The notes: generated from the letters alone by a model not told the origin. A stretch of 39,967 bases of DNA from Thermodesulfobacteriota bacterium (GCA_036381125.1 DASVDK010000090.1:1-39967), one strand, 5' to 3'. Positions 1 to 8,924 are shown, counted from the first letter of the stretch. Translations and numbers: made by a program.

Positions 1-476
1 TCGTGCTCGAGGCTCGTCTGGAGCGCCTGCCGCACCCGTGCCCCCGTCTCGTCGTCGGCCTCGAGGTCGATGGACGCGAGCACGTCGAGGAGCGCCGCGT
101 CGGCCCGCTCGGCGTAGCCGTGGATCTCCTCCCGGGACGGCCAGCGCTGGGCCGCGCTCCGAGCCGCCGAGGACTCGTCGGCCGGGTCGATGCCCCGGGC
201 GAAGAGCGTCTCGAAGCGGGCGTCGATGCCCGGGCGCCCCAGCGCCTTCTTGAGCAGCGTGTTGACGGCGAGCGCGGCGACGTGCCCTTCGTAAAAGGCG
301 ATCGGCTGGCGCAGGGGGAGCGGACGGGCCAGGTACGCGTCCGGCACGACGAGGTCGAAGAGCGCGGCCGTGCGGCGCCGCGCGGCGGTGAAGGCCTCGA
401 TCGCGTGCTCGCGATCCGGCGCGGCCGTCGGGAAGACGATCGGGGCGGACGGCGGCGATGCGGCGTGTGCGGTCAT
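1..476 (-). CDS. OvoA/EgtB-like non-heme iron sulfoxide synthase, N-terminal DinB-like part (runs off window start)
   Basis: Not in the ORF track. Hand translation from ATG 476 (GGAGG upstream): MTAHAASPP...RPLPLRQPIAFYEGHVAALAVNTLLKK...FETLFARGIDP...WPSREEIHGY...SLEH. This resembles the OvoA RHPLIFYFGH..FINKL/WPS motifs and the start of the EHExxH iron motif. Confidence 0.75.
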   Translation of the reverse strand, partial: MTAHAASPPSAPIVFPTAAPDREHAIEAFTAARRRTAALFDLVVPDAYLARPLPLRQPIAFYEGHVAALAVNTLLKKALGRPGIDARFETLFARGIDPADESSAARSAAQRWPSREEIHGYAERADAALLDVLASIDLEADDETGARVRQALQTSLEH

Positions 477-503
477 TCGGAACGTGCCTCCGGCGGCCGG
501 CCA

Positions 504-519
504 TGCAATACCGTCACCA
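504..519 (-). promoter_or_regulatory. putative sigma54 -24/-12 promoter
   Basis: Minus strand reads TGGTGACGGTATTGCA: GG-N10-GC spacing with TGG and TTGCA, just upstream of the GGAGG RBS of the 1-476 gene. Confidence 0.45.
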
Positions 520-708
520 CGCGAGCGGTAGGCGCACCCATGGTCGCGAGCCGCACCCGGTGCGTGACGCACACCACGCGTGCGCCGGCGGGAGTCGTCC
601 TCCCCGGCCCTCCATCGTGACGAAAGGCGCGCTCCGAGGCGGGGCGCCGAGCCCCCGGGCGGCGAGCGCGCCACCCCGACGGCGACGCGCTCCGATCGGA
701 CCTCGGCG

Positions 709-1672
709 TCAGGCCGTGAGCGCCCAGCCGTCGACGAGAACGGGTGCCGGGAGGTCGGCGGTCATCGTCACGCCGAGGCCGGGTCCGTCCGGGATCTCCA
801 CGGTGCCGTCCTCGCGAAGGGAGGGGACGCCGAACAGCTCGCGGAGCGGGTTCGGCGAGCGATCGTACTCGAGCCAGGGATAGGGTGCGGGCCCGGCGCC
901 GCGCATCTCCGGGAGCACCGCGATCCGCATCCCCTCGGTGAAGCCGCCGCAGATCGAGAGGTCGGGCTCGACGACGGCGGGCTGCCCCACCTCGAGGAAG
1001 TCGCGGAAGGCCCTCAGCCCGGCAAGCGCTTCGCCGCCGGCGATCGGGATGGGCGAGGCCGAAGCGATCTGCCGGTAGCCGGTGAGGTCGTCCGGCGCGA
1101 CCGGCTCCTCCAGCCACGAGACGTCCAGGCCCTCCGCGCGCCGGGCGAACGCCAGGGCGCCGTCCGACGCCGATCTTCATCTTGAGCGCGCGAAAGCCGT
1201 CCCTCGCGTAGGCCGCCGCCTCCGCCGCGTAGGCCCGGTAGGGATCGCCGCCCGGCTTGAAGTAGGGGCCGGCCGCATAGGCGGGCACTGTGCGCCGGCG
1301 CGCGCCGCCGAGGAGCCGTGCCACCGGGACCCGCGCCAGCCGCGCCCGGAGGTCCCGGAGGGCGAGGTCGATCGCTCCGATCGCCATGACCCCGACGCCG
1401 CGCCGGTCGCAGCCGAGCCGCGCGAACATCGCGGCCCAGAGCCGACCCGTCTCCCCCGGATCGGCGCCGAGGACCACCGGCGCGAGCTGCGTCCGGATGG
1501 TGGCCGCGACGGCGTCGGGCGAATGCCAGGCCTCGCCCCAGCCGATCGTGCCGTCGTCGGCCGCCACGGCGACGACGAGCGACCCGCGCGAGGCGTAATA
1601 GCCGGACGCGTTGCCCTGGGGCTCCGCGAGCCGGTACTCCACGCGGTAGCCGCGGATCTCGGCGACACGCAT
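709..1672 (-). pseudogene. mandelate racemase/enolase-superfamily enzyme, frameshifted with internal deletions
   Basis: N-terminal frame GWGEA...AIGAIDLAL...LLGG...KMKIG. After ~1165 the homology continues in another frame (WLEEP...IAGGE...PDLSICGGFTEGMRIA...LEYDRSPNP...PGLG, stop at 709). The DAN segment and the catalytic-His segment are missing. Confidence 0.75.
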
Positions 1673-1676
1673 CGCG

Positions 1677-2093
1677 TCACTCCCGCTCGAAGTGCATTTG
1701 CCGCCTGAGCCGCAGGAGCACGCGGGTGGCGCTCCAGAAGGCGAGCAGTCCCAGGACGAGGATGTAGACCATCCGCCCGCCTTCGAGCACTCCGAGGTGG
1801 ACCGTCTCGCGGGTCTGCTCCATGAGCGCCCGCATGTGCGGGGCGGCGATCGCCCTGAGCTCGATGGCTTCGAGGCGCATCTGCCCGAGCTGCACGAAGC
1901 CCATCCCGAGCCGGTACCGGGCGGTCGCCTTGTCGTGCTCGACGAGACGGTGCGTCTCGAGCACCCCGAGCAGCCGGGCCACGGTCGGCTTCGGCAGGCC
2001 GACCGTCCTCGACAGCGTCAGAAGGGTCGCGCCGTCGCGGGCGGCTCCGAGCGCCTCGAGGATCCGGCAGCCCTTCTCAAGCGCCCTGGCCAA
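1677..2093 (-). pseudogene. truncated IclR-family regulator fused to an unrelated hydrophobic tail
   Basis: IclR HTH (LSRTVGLPKPTVARLL...YRLG) and ETVHLGVL...VYI, then an abrupt LVLGLLAFWSATRVLL tail. Only ~138 aa versus ~250 aa for a typical IclR. Likely start is TTG 2093 (GAGGT upstream); the track start is 2123. Confidence 0.65.
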
Positions 2094-2094
2094 G

Positions 2095-2154
2095 AATGGA
2101 CCTCGGGTCCATTTCCGTGGCACGACCGTACGATCTCGACGACGCGGCGGTCAA
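2095..2154 (-). promoter_or_regulatory. sigma70-type promoter plus inverted repeat upstream of iclR
   Basis: TTGACC-N18-TACGGT on the minus strand. A perfect 8-bp inverted repeat AATGGACC-TCG-GGTCCATT at 2095-2113 covers the RBS. Confidence 0.45.
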
Positions 2155-2200
2155 GAACGACCCGGCGGGGACCGGTGTGGTACGCCGCCGGGCGGCCCGG

Positions 2201-3076
2201 TCAGGGCTTCCTGATCCGGACCGCCTCGATCACCGAGGCGAAGTCGGCCTCGTCGAAGCCCAGGTTGCGCGCCGCGCGGTAGACCTCGCGCGCCGCGGCG
2301 ACGGTGGGCATCGGCACGCCGTGCTCGTCGGCGAGCCGCATGGCGTAGGTCGTGTCCTTGTGCATCCACCGGAGCGCGAACTGCGTGTTCGCGTAGTCGC
2401 GCGCGGCCATGCGGGCCGCCTTCCCCTTGACGACGGGGCTGCCGGGGCCGCCGTTGATGATGAGCGGCACGACCTTCGCCATGTCGAGGCCGGCCCGCTC
2501 GGCCAGCGCGAGCCCCTCGGCCAGCGCCGCGACCTGGACGGCGCTCATCAGGTTGTTGACGAGCTTCATCGCCGCGCCGGAGCCCGTGGGCCCGAGGTGC
2601 GTGATCCTGGCACTCACCGCCTCGAGGACCGGCCGGATCCGCTCGACCACCGCGGCGTCGCCGCCGACGAAGAGCCCGAGCTTGCCCTCCTCCGCCGCCT
2701 CCTTGCTGCCGGTGACCGGCGAGTCGACGAGCACCGCGCCCCGCTCGCGGGCGAGCGCCGAAAGCTCCCGCACCCAGTCGACCGACAGCGTGCTGCACTC
2801 GACGAGGACCGCGCCCGCGCGGGCCCCCGCGAGCGCGCCCCGCTCGCCGGTCCAGACCTCGCGCGAGGCGAGGTCGTCGCCCACCATGGCGATGACGACC
2901 TCGGCGGCCTCGGCCGCCGCGCGGGGCGTCGGGGCGACCGTCGCGCCGCGCGCCTCGAGCGGCTTCGCCTTCGCGGCAGTGCGGTTCCAGACGGTGAGGG
3001 GGAAACCGGCCTCGAGAAGGTTGCGGGCCATGCCCGCTCCCATGACTCCGAGCCCGAGCAGCGCGACCTGACGCAT
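2201..3076 (-). CDS. NAD(P)-dependent beta-hydroxyacid dehydrogenase (3-hydroxyisobutyrate DH/tartronate semialdehyde reductase family)
   Basis: GLGVMG Rossmann motif, DSPVTGS, KLVNN catalytic Lys, MHKD. GGAGG precedes ATG 3076. Confidence 0.9.
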   Translation of the reverse strand: MRQVALLGLGVMGAGMARNLLEAGFPLTVWNRTAAKAKPLEARGATVAPTPRAAAEAAEVVIAMVGDDLASREVWTGERGALAGARAGAVLVECSTLSVDWVRELSALARERGAVLVDSPVTGSKEAAEEGKLGLFVGGDAAVVERIRPVLEAVSARITHLGPTGSGAAMKLVNNLMSAVQVAALAEGLALAERAGLDMAKVVPLIINGGPGSPVVKGKAARMAARDYANTQFALRWMHKDTTYAMRLADEHGVPMPTVAAAREVYRAARNLGFDEADFASVIEAVRIRKP

Positions 3077-3104
3077 GTACACCTCCGGGGAATGGTGAGT
3101 CGGA

Positions 3105-5138
3105 TCAGACTGGCTCCGCGGCGGGGACCACGTCGACGGCCGCCTCGTAGCTCGCCTGTCCGGCGGGAAGGCCCGGGACGAGGTCGGAGGCCTCGGGCGC
3201 GAGGCAGGCGGCGCCCGACGTGAGGGCGTTCACGCCGACCCATCCGTCGCGCATCCAGACCACCCCTCGCGGCACGTCGTCGGTGAGGCGGGCGCGCGCC
3301 TCGAAGCGGCCGCGGTCGTTCACGAGGGCGACCGCCGCCCCCTCCGCGATGCCGCGCGCGCCCGCGTCGGCCGGGTGGATGGCGAGGACGGGATGGGGGT
3401 CGGCGGCGGCCAGGGAGGGGAGGGCGCGCCCCTCGTCGTAGAAGGCGTGGAACGCGGTGAAGGTGCGGCCCTGCCGAAAGACCAGCGGGTACGGAGAGGC
3501 GTGCTCCTCCGGCGGCTCGTAGACCGGCAGCGGCGGCAGCCCGACCGAACGGGCGCGCTCGGACCAGAACTCGACCTTGCCGGAGGGGGTGGGGAAGCGC
3601 CGCTCTGGGTGGGCCACGTGGGAGATGCGGCGCGCGTACCGGTTGCCGGTGCGGCGCATCTCGGCGACGGTGAGGGTGCCGTCGCGCATGGTGCGGAGGA
3701 GCGCCTCGATGGCGCCGTCGGCGTCGGCCCACGGGAAGAAGTCCGGCACCGGCAGGCGGTCGGCCAGCGCCCGCAGCAGCCAGACCACCGACCGCGCCTC
3801 GCCGGCAGGCTCGAGCCCCTGATCGGTGAGGTAGATGTGCGTGGCCGTGTCCTTGATCCCCACCTCCTCGAGCCATGCCGTCCCCGGCAGGACGAGGTCG
3901 GCGTGCCGCCGGATCGTCTCGTTCATGAAGAGGTCGTGGGCCACGACGAGGCCGACGCGGTCGAGCCCCCGCGCAGCCCGGCCCGCGTCCGCGTACGAGG
4001 CGAGCATGTTCGTGCCGAGGAGCAGGAGGACGGCGATGCGGCCCTCGAGCATCGCGTCGTTCATGGCCGTCATGTGCGAGGGGACGTAGTCGCCGGGCGG
4101 CCGGCGCTCGCCCGCCGTGATGTCGGCGAGCGCCTCGCCGTGCGTGAAGGCGCGGTGCCGCGGGCCGAGGCCGCCGCCGGGAACGCCGAGCTGGCCGGTG
4201 AGGGCCGGGAGGCACGAGATGGCCCGCGACGCGAGCCATCCCGTCCGGAACTTGTACATGGAGGAGCCGCCCGCGACGATCATCGCCGGCTTCGCCGTGG
4301 CGTAGCGGCGGGCGAGCGCGCGGATCGTCCCGGCCTCGAGCCCGGTCACCGCGGCCCCCCACTCGGGGGTCCGCTCGCGCAGCGGCCCGGCGAGCGGCTC
4401 GAAGCCGACGGTGTGGCGCGCGACGAACTCCCGGTCGACGAGCCCCTCGGATACGATGACGTGCATCATCGCGAGCGCCAGCGCGGCGTCGGTCCCGGGG
4501 CGGATCACGTGGAACTCGTCGGCGAGGCGGGCCGTCTCCGTCCGGCGCACGTCGATGGCGGCCACGTACGCGCCTCGCCGCTTCGCGGCCTGGAGGTGCG
4601 GTCCCGTCGTGGGCTGGCTCACCACGTTGGCGCCCCACATGAGGACCGTGCGCGCGTGCTTGCCGAGGTCCTCCTTGGTGTTGGCCTCGGGTACGCCGGT
4701 CAGGGCGAAGCCGTAGGCGCCGAGCGTCCAGCAGGTGATGGCGGCGCTCCAGGCGTGGCAGCCGTAGAGGTTGCCGAAGCGGAGGACCAGGAAGCGGTTG
4801 AGCTCGTTCACGAGGGAGCCGTGCCCGCGCCAGAGCGCGGTCTTCATCCGACCCGCCTTCCGCATGGCGGCGACGATCTCGTCGAGCGCCGCGTCCCACG
4901 ACACCGGCTCCCACCGGCCGCTCCCCCGCGGCCCGGCGCGCCTGAGCGGCGTCAGGAGACGCAGCGGGTTGCCGATGATCTCCTTTGCGGCGTGCCCGCG
5001 CTGGCAGAGGAAGCCGCGGCTGTCCGGATTGGTCCGGTCGCCGCGGACCGCGACGACCCGGTCCCCCTCGAGCGCCACCTCCATGCCGCAGAAGGTCGGG
5101 TGGCAGTTCATGGGGCACATCGTCCGGAGGAGCCGCAT
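3105..5138 (-). CDS. molybdopterin (DMSO reductase superfamily) oxidoreductase with N-terminal 4Fe-4S site
   Basis: CPMNCHPTFC...LCQRG, RLLTPL, VSWDAAL, PGTDAALA, ADLVLP, TPSGKVE, IHPADA. No Tat signal. Start taken as ATG 5138. Confidence 0.9.
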   Translation of the reverse strand: MRLLRTMCPMNCHPTFCGMEVALEGDRVVAVRGDRTNPDSRGFLCQRGHAAKEIIGNPLRLLTPLRRAGPRGSGRWEPVSWDAALDEIVAAMRKAGRMKTALWRGHGSLVNELNRFLVLRFGNLYGCHAWSAAITCWTLGAYGFALTGVPEANTKEDLGKHARTVLMWGANVVSQPTTGPHLQAAKRRGAYVAAIDVRRTETARLADEFHVIRPGTDAALALAMMHVIVSEGLVDREFVARHTVGFEPLAGPLRERTPEWGAAVTGLEAGTIRALARRYATAKPAMIVAGGSSMYKFRTGWLASRAISCLPALTGQLGVPGGGLGPRHRAFTHGEALADITAGERRPPGDYVPSHMTAMNDAMLEGRIAVLLLLGTNMLASYADAGRAARGLDRVGLVVAHDLFMNETIRRHADLVLPGTAWLEEVGIKDTATHIYLTDQGLEPAGEARSVVWLLRALADRLPVPDFFPWADADGAIEALLRTMRDGTLTVAEMRRTGNRYARRISHVAHPERRFPTPSGKVEFWSERARSVGLPPLPVYEPPEEHASPYPLVFRQGRTFTAFHAFYDEGRALPSLAAADPHPVLAIHPADAGARGIAEGAAVALVNDRGRFEARARLTDDVPRGVVWMRDGWVGVNALTSGAACLAPEASDLVPGLPAGQASYEAAVDVVPAAEPV

Positions 5139-5205
5139 GACGTGACTGTAGCGCCCGGCAGCGGTGATGTTCGCCGGCCTGGACGACCGCCCCGTGGCGC
5201 GGCCG

Positions 5206-5736
5206 TTATCTCCGCTCGCCACGCTGCGTGGAGCAGTGCTCGTGCCGGACGAGCCAGGCATCGGCCGGCTTGCGGTAGAGGGCGCTGCACCTCGCCCGCT
5301 GCTGCACGGCGACCTGCCCGCCGGCCGCGATGGCGAAGACGAGATCGTAGGTCGCCCAGCCGGTCGTCGCGTTCACCAGGTCGACGCGGATGTTGGTGGT
5401 CCGCGCCACCATCTGGATGGGCGCCCCGCTGTCGATGCGCACCTTGAGCGCCTCGAGGAGGCGGCGCACGTCGGCCAGTGTCTGCCGGTCGCCGTCCTGA
5501 ATGGCGTCGTAGTCCGGAGTGTAGAAGCGCAGGACGCTCTCCGGGTCGGCCGTCCTGGGGAAATCGGTCACCGCCCGCGCCGTGTCGGTGATGGCCCGGG
5601 CGATGGCGAAGCGCTCGTCCGCTCCGTCGGTGGCCGGCTCGGCCGCCGTGCCGCGGGCCGAGGCGCAGCCGGTGAGCGCCAGCAGGGCGCACAGGACGAG
5701 TCCGAGACGTGCACGGAAGGAACCCTCGAGCGCCAT
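5206..5736 (-). CDS. SnoaL/NTF2-like (DUF4440-type) lipoprotein
   Basis: Lipobox LALTG-C, FYTPD motif and WLVRHEHCS C-terminus typical of this fold. GGAGG RBS. Confidence 0.7.
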   Translation of the reverse strand: MALEGSFRARLGLVLCALLALTGCASARGTAAEPATDGADERFAIARAITDTARAVTDFPRTADPESVLRFYTPDYDAIQDGDRQTLADVRRLLEALKVRIDSGAPIQMVARTTNIRVDLVNATTGWATYDLVFAIAAGGQVAVQQRARCSALYRKPADAWLVRHEHCSTQRGERR

Positions 5737-5858
5737 GCCGACCTCCGTCCTCGACGTGTCCCCATTCTAACCATCTCGAGCTCCGGACCGGGGCGCCGCC
5801 GAATAGGGGGCGGGGCCGGCCGTCGATGAGGCGTGAGCGCGAGCGCGGAGGCGTAGGG

Positions 5859-6509
5859 ATGGCGACGGCAGCGGCCACACCGACCCCCGACCTTTCGGCC
5901 GACGACTTCGCGATCCTCAGGCGGATCGGCCGCTCGGTACGGTTCGGGGCGCGACGCTACCTGTACCACCAGGACGACCCGGCCCAGGCGGTCTACCTGA
6001 TCGAGAGCGGGCTCGTGAAGCAGGCGCGCCTCACCGAGACCGCACGCGAGGTCGTGCTCGACTTCCTGGGTGCCGGCGACCTGCTCGGGGCGTTCGACCT
6101 CCTCGACCTCCGTCTCACCGACGGCTTCGCGCAGGCCATCGAGCCGACCGAGGCGCGGGTGATCCGGCGGCAGGACTTCGAGGCGGTCGTGACCGACCGG
6201 CCGGCGCTCCTCCTCGCGGTGACGCGCGTCGTGGCGCGCCGCGCCAGGCTCCTCGGCGAGCGGCTGGCCGCCCAGTCGTCCCACGACGCCGGCCGCCGCC
6301 TGGCCGATCTGCTCGACCGCCTCGTGGCCCGCTTCGGCGTCCCGACCGACCGGGGGATGGCCGTGCCCAGGGGGCTCACCCACGTCGATCTCGCCAACTA
6401 CATCGGCTCGGCGCGCGAGACGGTCACCGAGCTGCTGGCCGGGTTCGCTCGGGCCCGGAAGGTCGAGCGGCAGGGCCGCACCATCATCATCGTCAGGAGT
6501 CGCCCCTGA
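5859..6509 (+). CDS. Crp/Fnr-family transcriptional regulator
   Basis: cNMP-binding domain (LYHQDDPAQAVYLIESGLVK) and HTH LTHVDLANYIGSARETVT. Confidence 0.9.
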   Translation: MATAAATPTPDLSADDFAILRRIGRSVRFGARRYLYHQDDPAQAVYLIESGLVKQARLTETAREVVLDFLGAGDLLGAFDLLDLRLTDGFAQAIEPTEARVIRRQDFEAVVTDRPALLLAVTRVVARRARLLGERLAAQSSHDAGRRLADLLDRLVARFGVPTDRGMAVPRGLTHVDLANYIGSARETVTELLAGFARARKVERQGRTIIIVRSRP

Positions 6510-6539
6510 GGGGCCCCGCGCCGGGCGGGGCGGCGGGAA

Positions 6540-7310
6540 TCAGCCCCCCCGCACCGCGGCGAGCGTCCGCCGGCAGGCGTCGAGGAAGAGCTTCTCGGCG
6601 CCGGCGACGGTCACGAAGTCGACCCCCGCGGCGATCCGGCGACGCGCCTCGGCCTCGTCGTAGCAGGAGAGCCCCGCCGCGAGCCCTCGCGCTTTCACGC
6701 GGGCGATGGCGTCGTCGATCCGCCGCACGACCTCGGGGTGGTTCGGTTGCCCCGCGTGGCCGAGCGCGTGCGAGAGGTCGGTGAAGCCGAAGAAGACGGC
6801 GTCGAGGCCATCGACCGAGAGGATCTCGTCGAGGTTCTCGAAGCCGAGCGGCGACTCGACGAGGACCATCGTCGTGCGCAGCCGGTTCTCGGCCGCGTAG
6901 TACTCGGCCGACGGGGTGAGGCCGTAGCGCGCGCCCCGCACGCGCGGGCAGGCGCCCCGCGACCCGAGGGGGGCGAACTTCGAGGCGGCCACGGCGCGTC
7001 GCGCGTCGTCCCGCGTCTCGACCTGCGGGATCAGCACGCCGTCGGCCCCGAGGTCGAGCGCCTTGGCGACGTGGGGCGAGCCCTTCCCCTCCACGCGGAC
7101 GATCGCCGAGATCCCGGACGTCTCGGCCGCCGAGAGGATCCGAGGGACGGCGTCGAAGCCGAAGGCGCTGTGCTCGAGGTCGACGACGACGAAGTCGAAG
7201 CCGGCCACCCCCATGATCTCGACCAGCTCGGGGAGATCCAGCATCAGCCAGGAGCCGACGAGGCCGCCTCGCGAGAGGCGGCCTCGGAAGGTGTCGCGGG
7301 CGGGCATCAC
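6540..7310 (-). CDS. HpcH/HpaI aldolase family protein
   Basis: GFDFVVVDLEH, ALDLGADGVLIPQV, VES, FFGFTDLS motifs. Confidence 0.9.
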   Translation of the reverse strand: MMPARDTFRGRLSRGGLVGSWLMLDLPELVEIMGVAGFDFVVVDLEHSAFGFDAVPRILSAAETSGISAIVRVEGKGSPHVAKALDLGADGVLIPQVETRDDARRAVAASKFAPLGSRGACPRVRGARYGLTPSAEYYAAENRLRTTMVLVESPLGFENLDEILSVDGLDAVFFGFTDLSHALGHAGQPNHPEVVRRIDDAIARVKARGLAAGLSCYDEAEARRRIAAGVDFVTVAGAEKLFLDACRRTLAAVRGG

Positions 7311-7333
7311 GGCCTCTCCGCCCCCATGCGCGC

Positions 7334-8080
7334 TCAGGACCTCCGGCGGCCGGGCGGCGTCTCGCCCCGCTGCTCCGGGGCGAGGCGGGCGATGTGGTCG
7401 ACCACGGCGTGGCTCCCCTCGAGGATGTTCCGCCGCATGAGCTGCTCCGCCTCCGCCGCGTCGCGCCGGCGCAGGGCGTCGAGGAGGGCGACGTGCTCGC
7501 GGTGCGCCTGCTCCACGCGCTCGGGGAGGTCCCGGTACAGCATCCGGAAGCGGGCGGTCCGGTCGAGGAGCCCCTCGAGCGCGTCGGCGAGGACCGGGTT
7601 GCCGGAGGCGAGGTGGATCGCGCGGTGGAAGTCGCGGTTCATGGCGATGACCTCGGCCAGGCGCCCCTCGGCGAGGTGGCGCGACATCGCCTCGACGAGC
7701 GTCCCGATCCGCTCGAGGGCGTCGGCGTCGGCCCGTTCGGCGGCGCGCGCCGCGGCGAGGCCCTCGAGGGCGCCGCGCATGTCGTAGAGGTGCCGCACCT
7801 CGTCGGCCGCGAGCGGCGCCACCACCGCGCCCCGGTTGGGCCGGTAGACGACGAGGCCGTCCGCGTGCAGGCGGATCAGCGCCTCGCGTACCGGCGTGGG
7901 GCTCACGCCGAGGCTGGCCGCGAGGTCGACCGCCTTCAGCGCGGCGCCGGGGGCGAGCCGGTGCGTGACGATCGCCCGGCGCAGCGTGTCGTAAACCAGG
8001 GTCTGAGCCGAACGATACCCGCGATCGGTGATCGCGAGCGTGCTCGCGTCCGGTTTCCGGGAGATCCGGTTGACGTCCAT
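7334..8080 (-). CDS. GntR-family (FCD domain) regulator
   Basis: LGVSPTPVREAL HTH; FCD motifs NRDFHRAI, SGNPVL and HREH. Confidence 0.9.
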   Translation of the reverse strand: MDVNRISRKPDASTLAITDRGYRSAQTLVYDTLRRAIVTHRLAPGAALKAVDLAASLGVSPTPVREALIRLHADGLVVYRPNRGAVVAPLAADEVRHLYDMRGALEGLAAARAAERADADALERIGTLVEAMSRHLAEGRLAEVIAMNRDFHRAIHLASGNPVLADALEGLLDRTARFRMLYRDLPERVEQAHREHVALLDALRRRDAAEAEQLMRRNILEGSHAVVDHIARLAPEQRGETPPGRRRS

Positions 8081-8124
8081 TGTCTATATTCTATAAACTA
8101 CGCGGCGGCCAGCCGAGCTGTCAA
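8081..8124 (-). promoter_or_regulatory. sigma70 promoter of gntR with AT-rich probable operator
   Basis: TTGACA (8119-8124)-N18-TAGTTT (8095-8100), followed by the TATAGAATATAGACA repeat directly before the ATG. Confidence 0.5.
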
Positions 8125-8168
8125 GCCGTTCGCGTTGCCGTCGACTGGCGTTTGCCGGAGGGGTGGAG

Positions 8169-8924
8169 ATGGAGGTCGTCAAGGTCTACGTCCGGCCCGG
8201 GTGATTCACCTGCGGCTCAACGAAAGAGTTTCTTTCGTCCAACGGCATCCCGTTCGAGACCCGTGACGTCGAGCACGACCCCGAGGCGCGTGCGGAGCTT
8301 GCCGCGCTCGGGCTCAGGACGCTCCCGGTGACGGTCGTCGGCGAGCGGGTCATCGTCGGCTTCGATCGGTCGAAGCTCGCCGCCGCGCTCGGCGTCGAGC
8401 GCGCCGCCGGGCCCCGGGTCGATGCGCCCCTTCTGCTCGAGCGCTACGAGCGGGTGTTCGGCGGCTTCTCGCGCGCGGCCCGGCAGGTGCCCGACGAGAA
8501 GCTGGACTGGAAGTCGCCCGAGCGCGATCGGACGCTCCGGAAGTTCCTCTTCCACGTGTACGACCGGCCGGACCTCATGCTCAGGGGCCGCCAGACCGGC
8601 GTCTACCGGTACGAGGACGTGATGGCGGGATACGACCGGGCGGAGGCGTACCGGACGACGGCGGCGCTCGTCGGGCGGGGCGACGAGCTCGTGGCCGGCG
8701 TCTGCGCCTTCCTGCGCGGCGCCACGCCGGCCGACCTGGCGCAGCCGATCGACACGTACCAGGGGGTGCTCGGGCTCGGGGAGCTGCTCGTGCTGGGGCT
8801 CGGGCACGCCGCGCACCACCTGCGCCAGCTCTACCACTACTTCGGGCTCCTCGGGATCACGGCCGAGTCACCCCTCGGCGAGGCGGACTTCGAGGGGATC
8901 CCGCTGCCGAAGGAGAAGTTCTGA
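8169..8924 (+). CDS. glutaredoxin (UxxC)-DinB fusion, probable selenoprotein (251 aa with TGA read as Sec)
   Basis: ATG 8169 with GGAGGGG RBS: MEVVKVYVRPG-TGA(8202-8204)-FTCGSTKEFLSSNGIPFETRDV...RTLPVTVVGERVIVGFD. This is a NrdH/Grx fold, in frame with track ORF 8328-8924, which carries the DinB His motifs FLFHV and HAAHHLRQL. Confidence 0.85.
8220..8238 (+). other. candidate bacterial SECIS hairpin
   Basis: ACGAAAGA-GTT-TCTTTCGT is a perfect 8-bp stem starting at the 16th nt after the TGA. The apical loop begins with G (+24), and the element is unusually AT-rich for this genome. Confidence 0.7.

Noticed and set aside
520-708. Riboswitch or CRP site upstream of the OvoA/EgtB-like gene (GCGTG-N8-CACGC at 562-579)
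   Set aside because: No recognisable riboswitch consensus, and GC-rich palindromes of this size occur by chance.
1160-1180. Programmed frameshift in the enolase-family gene
   Set aside because: No slippery sequence, and a conserved segment is missing at the junction, which fits deletion.
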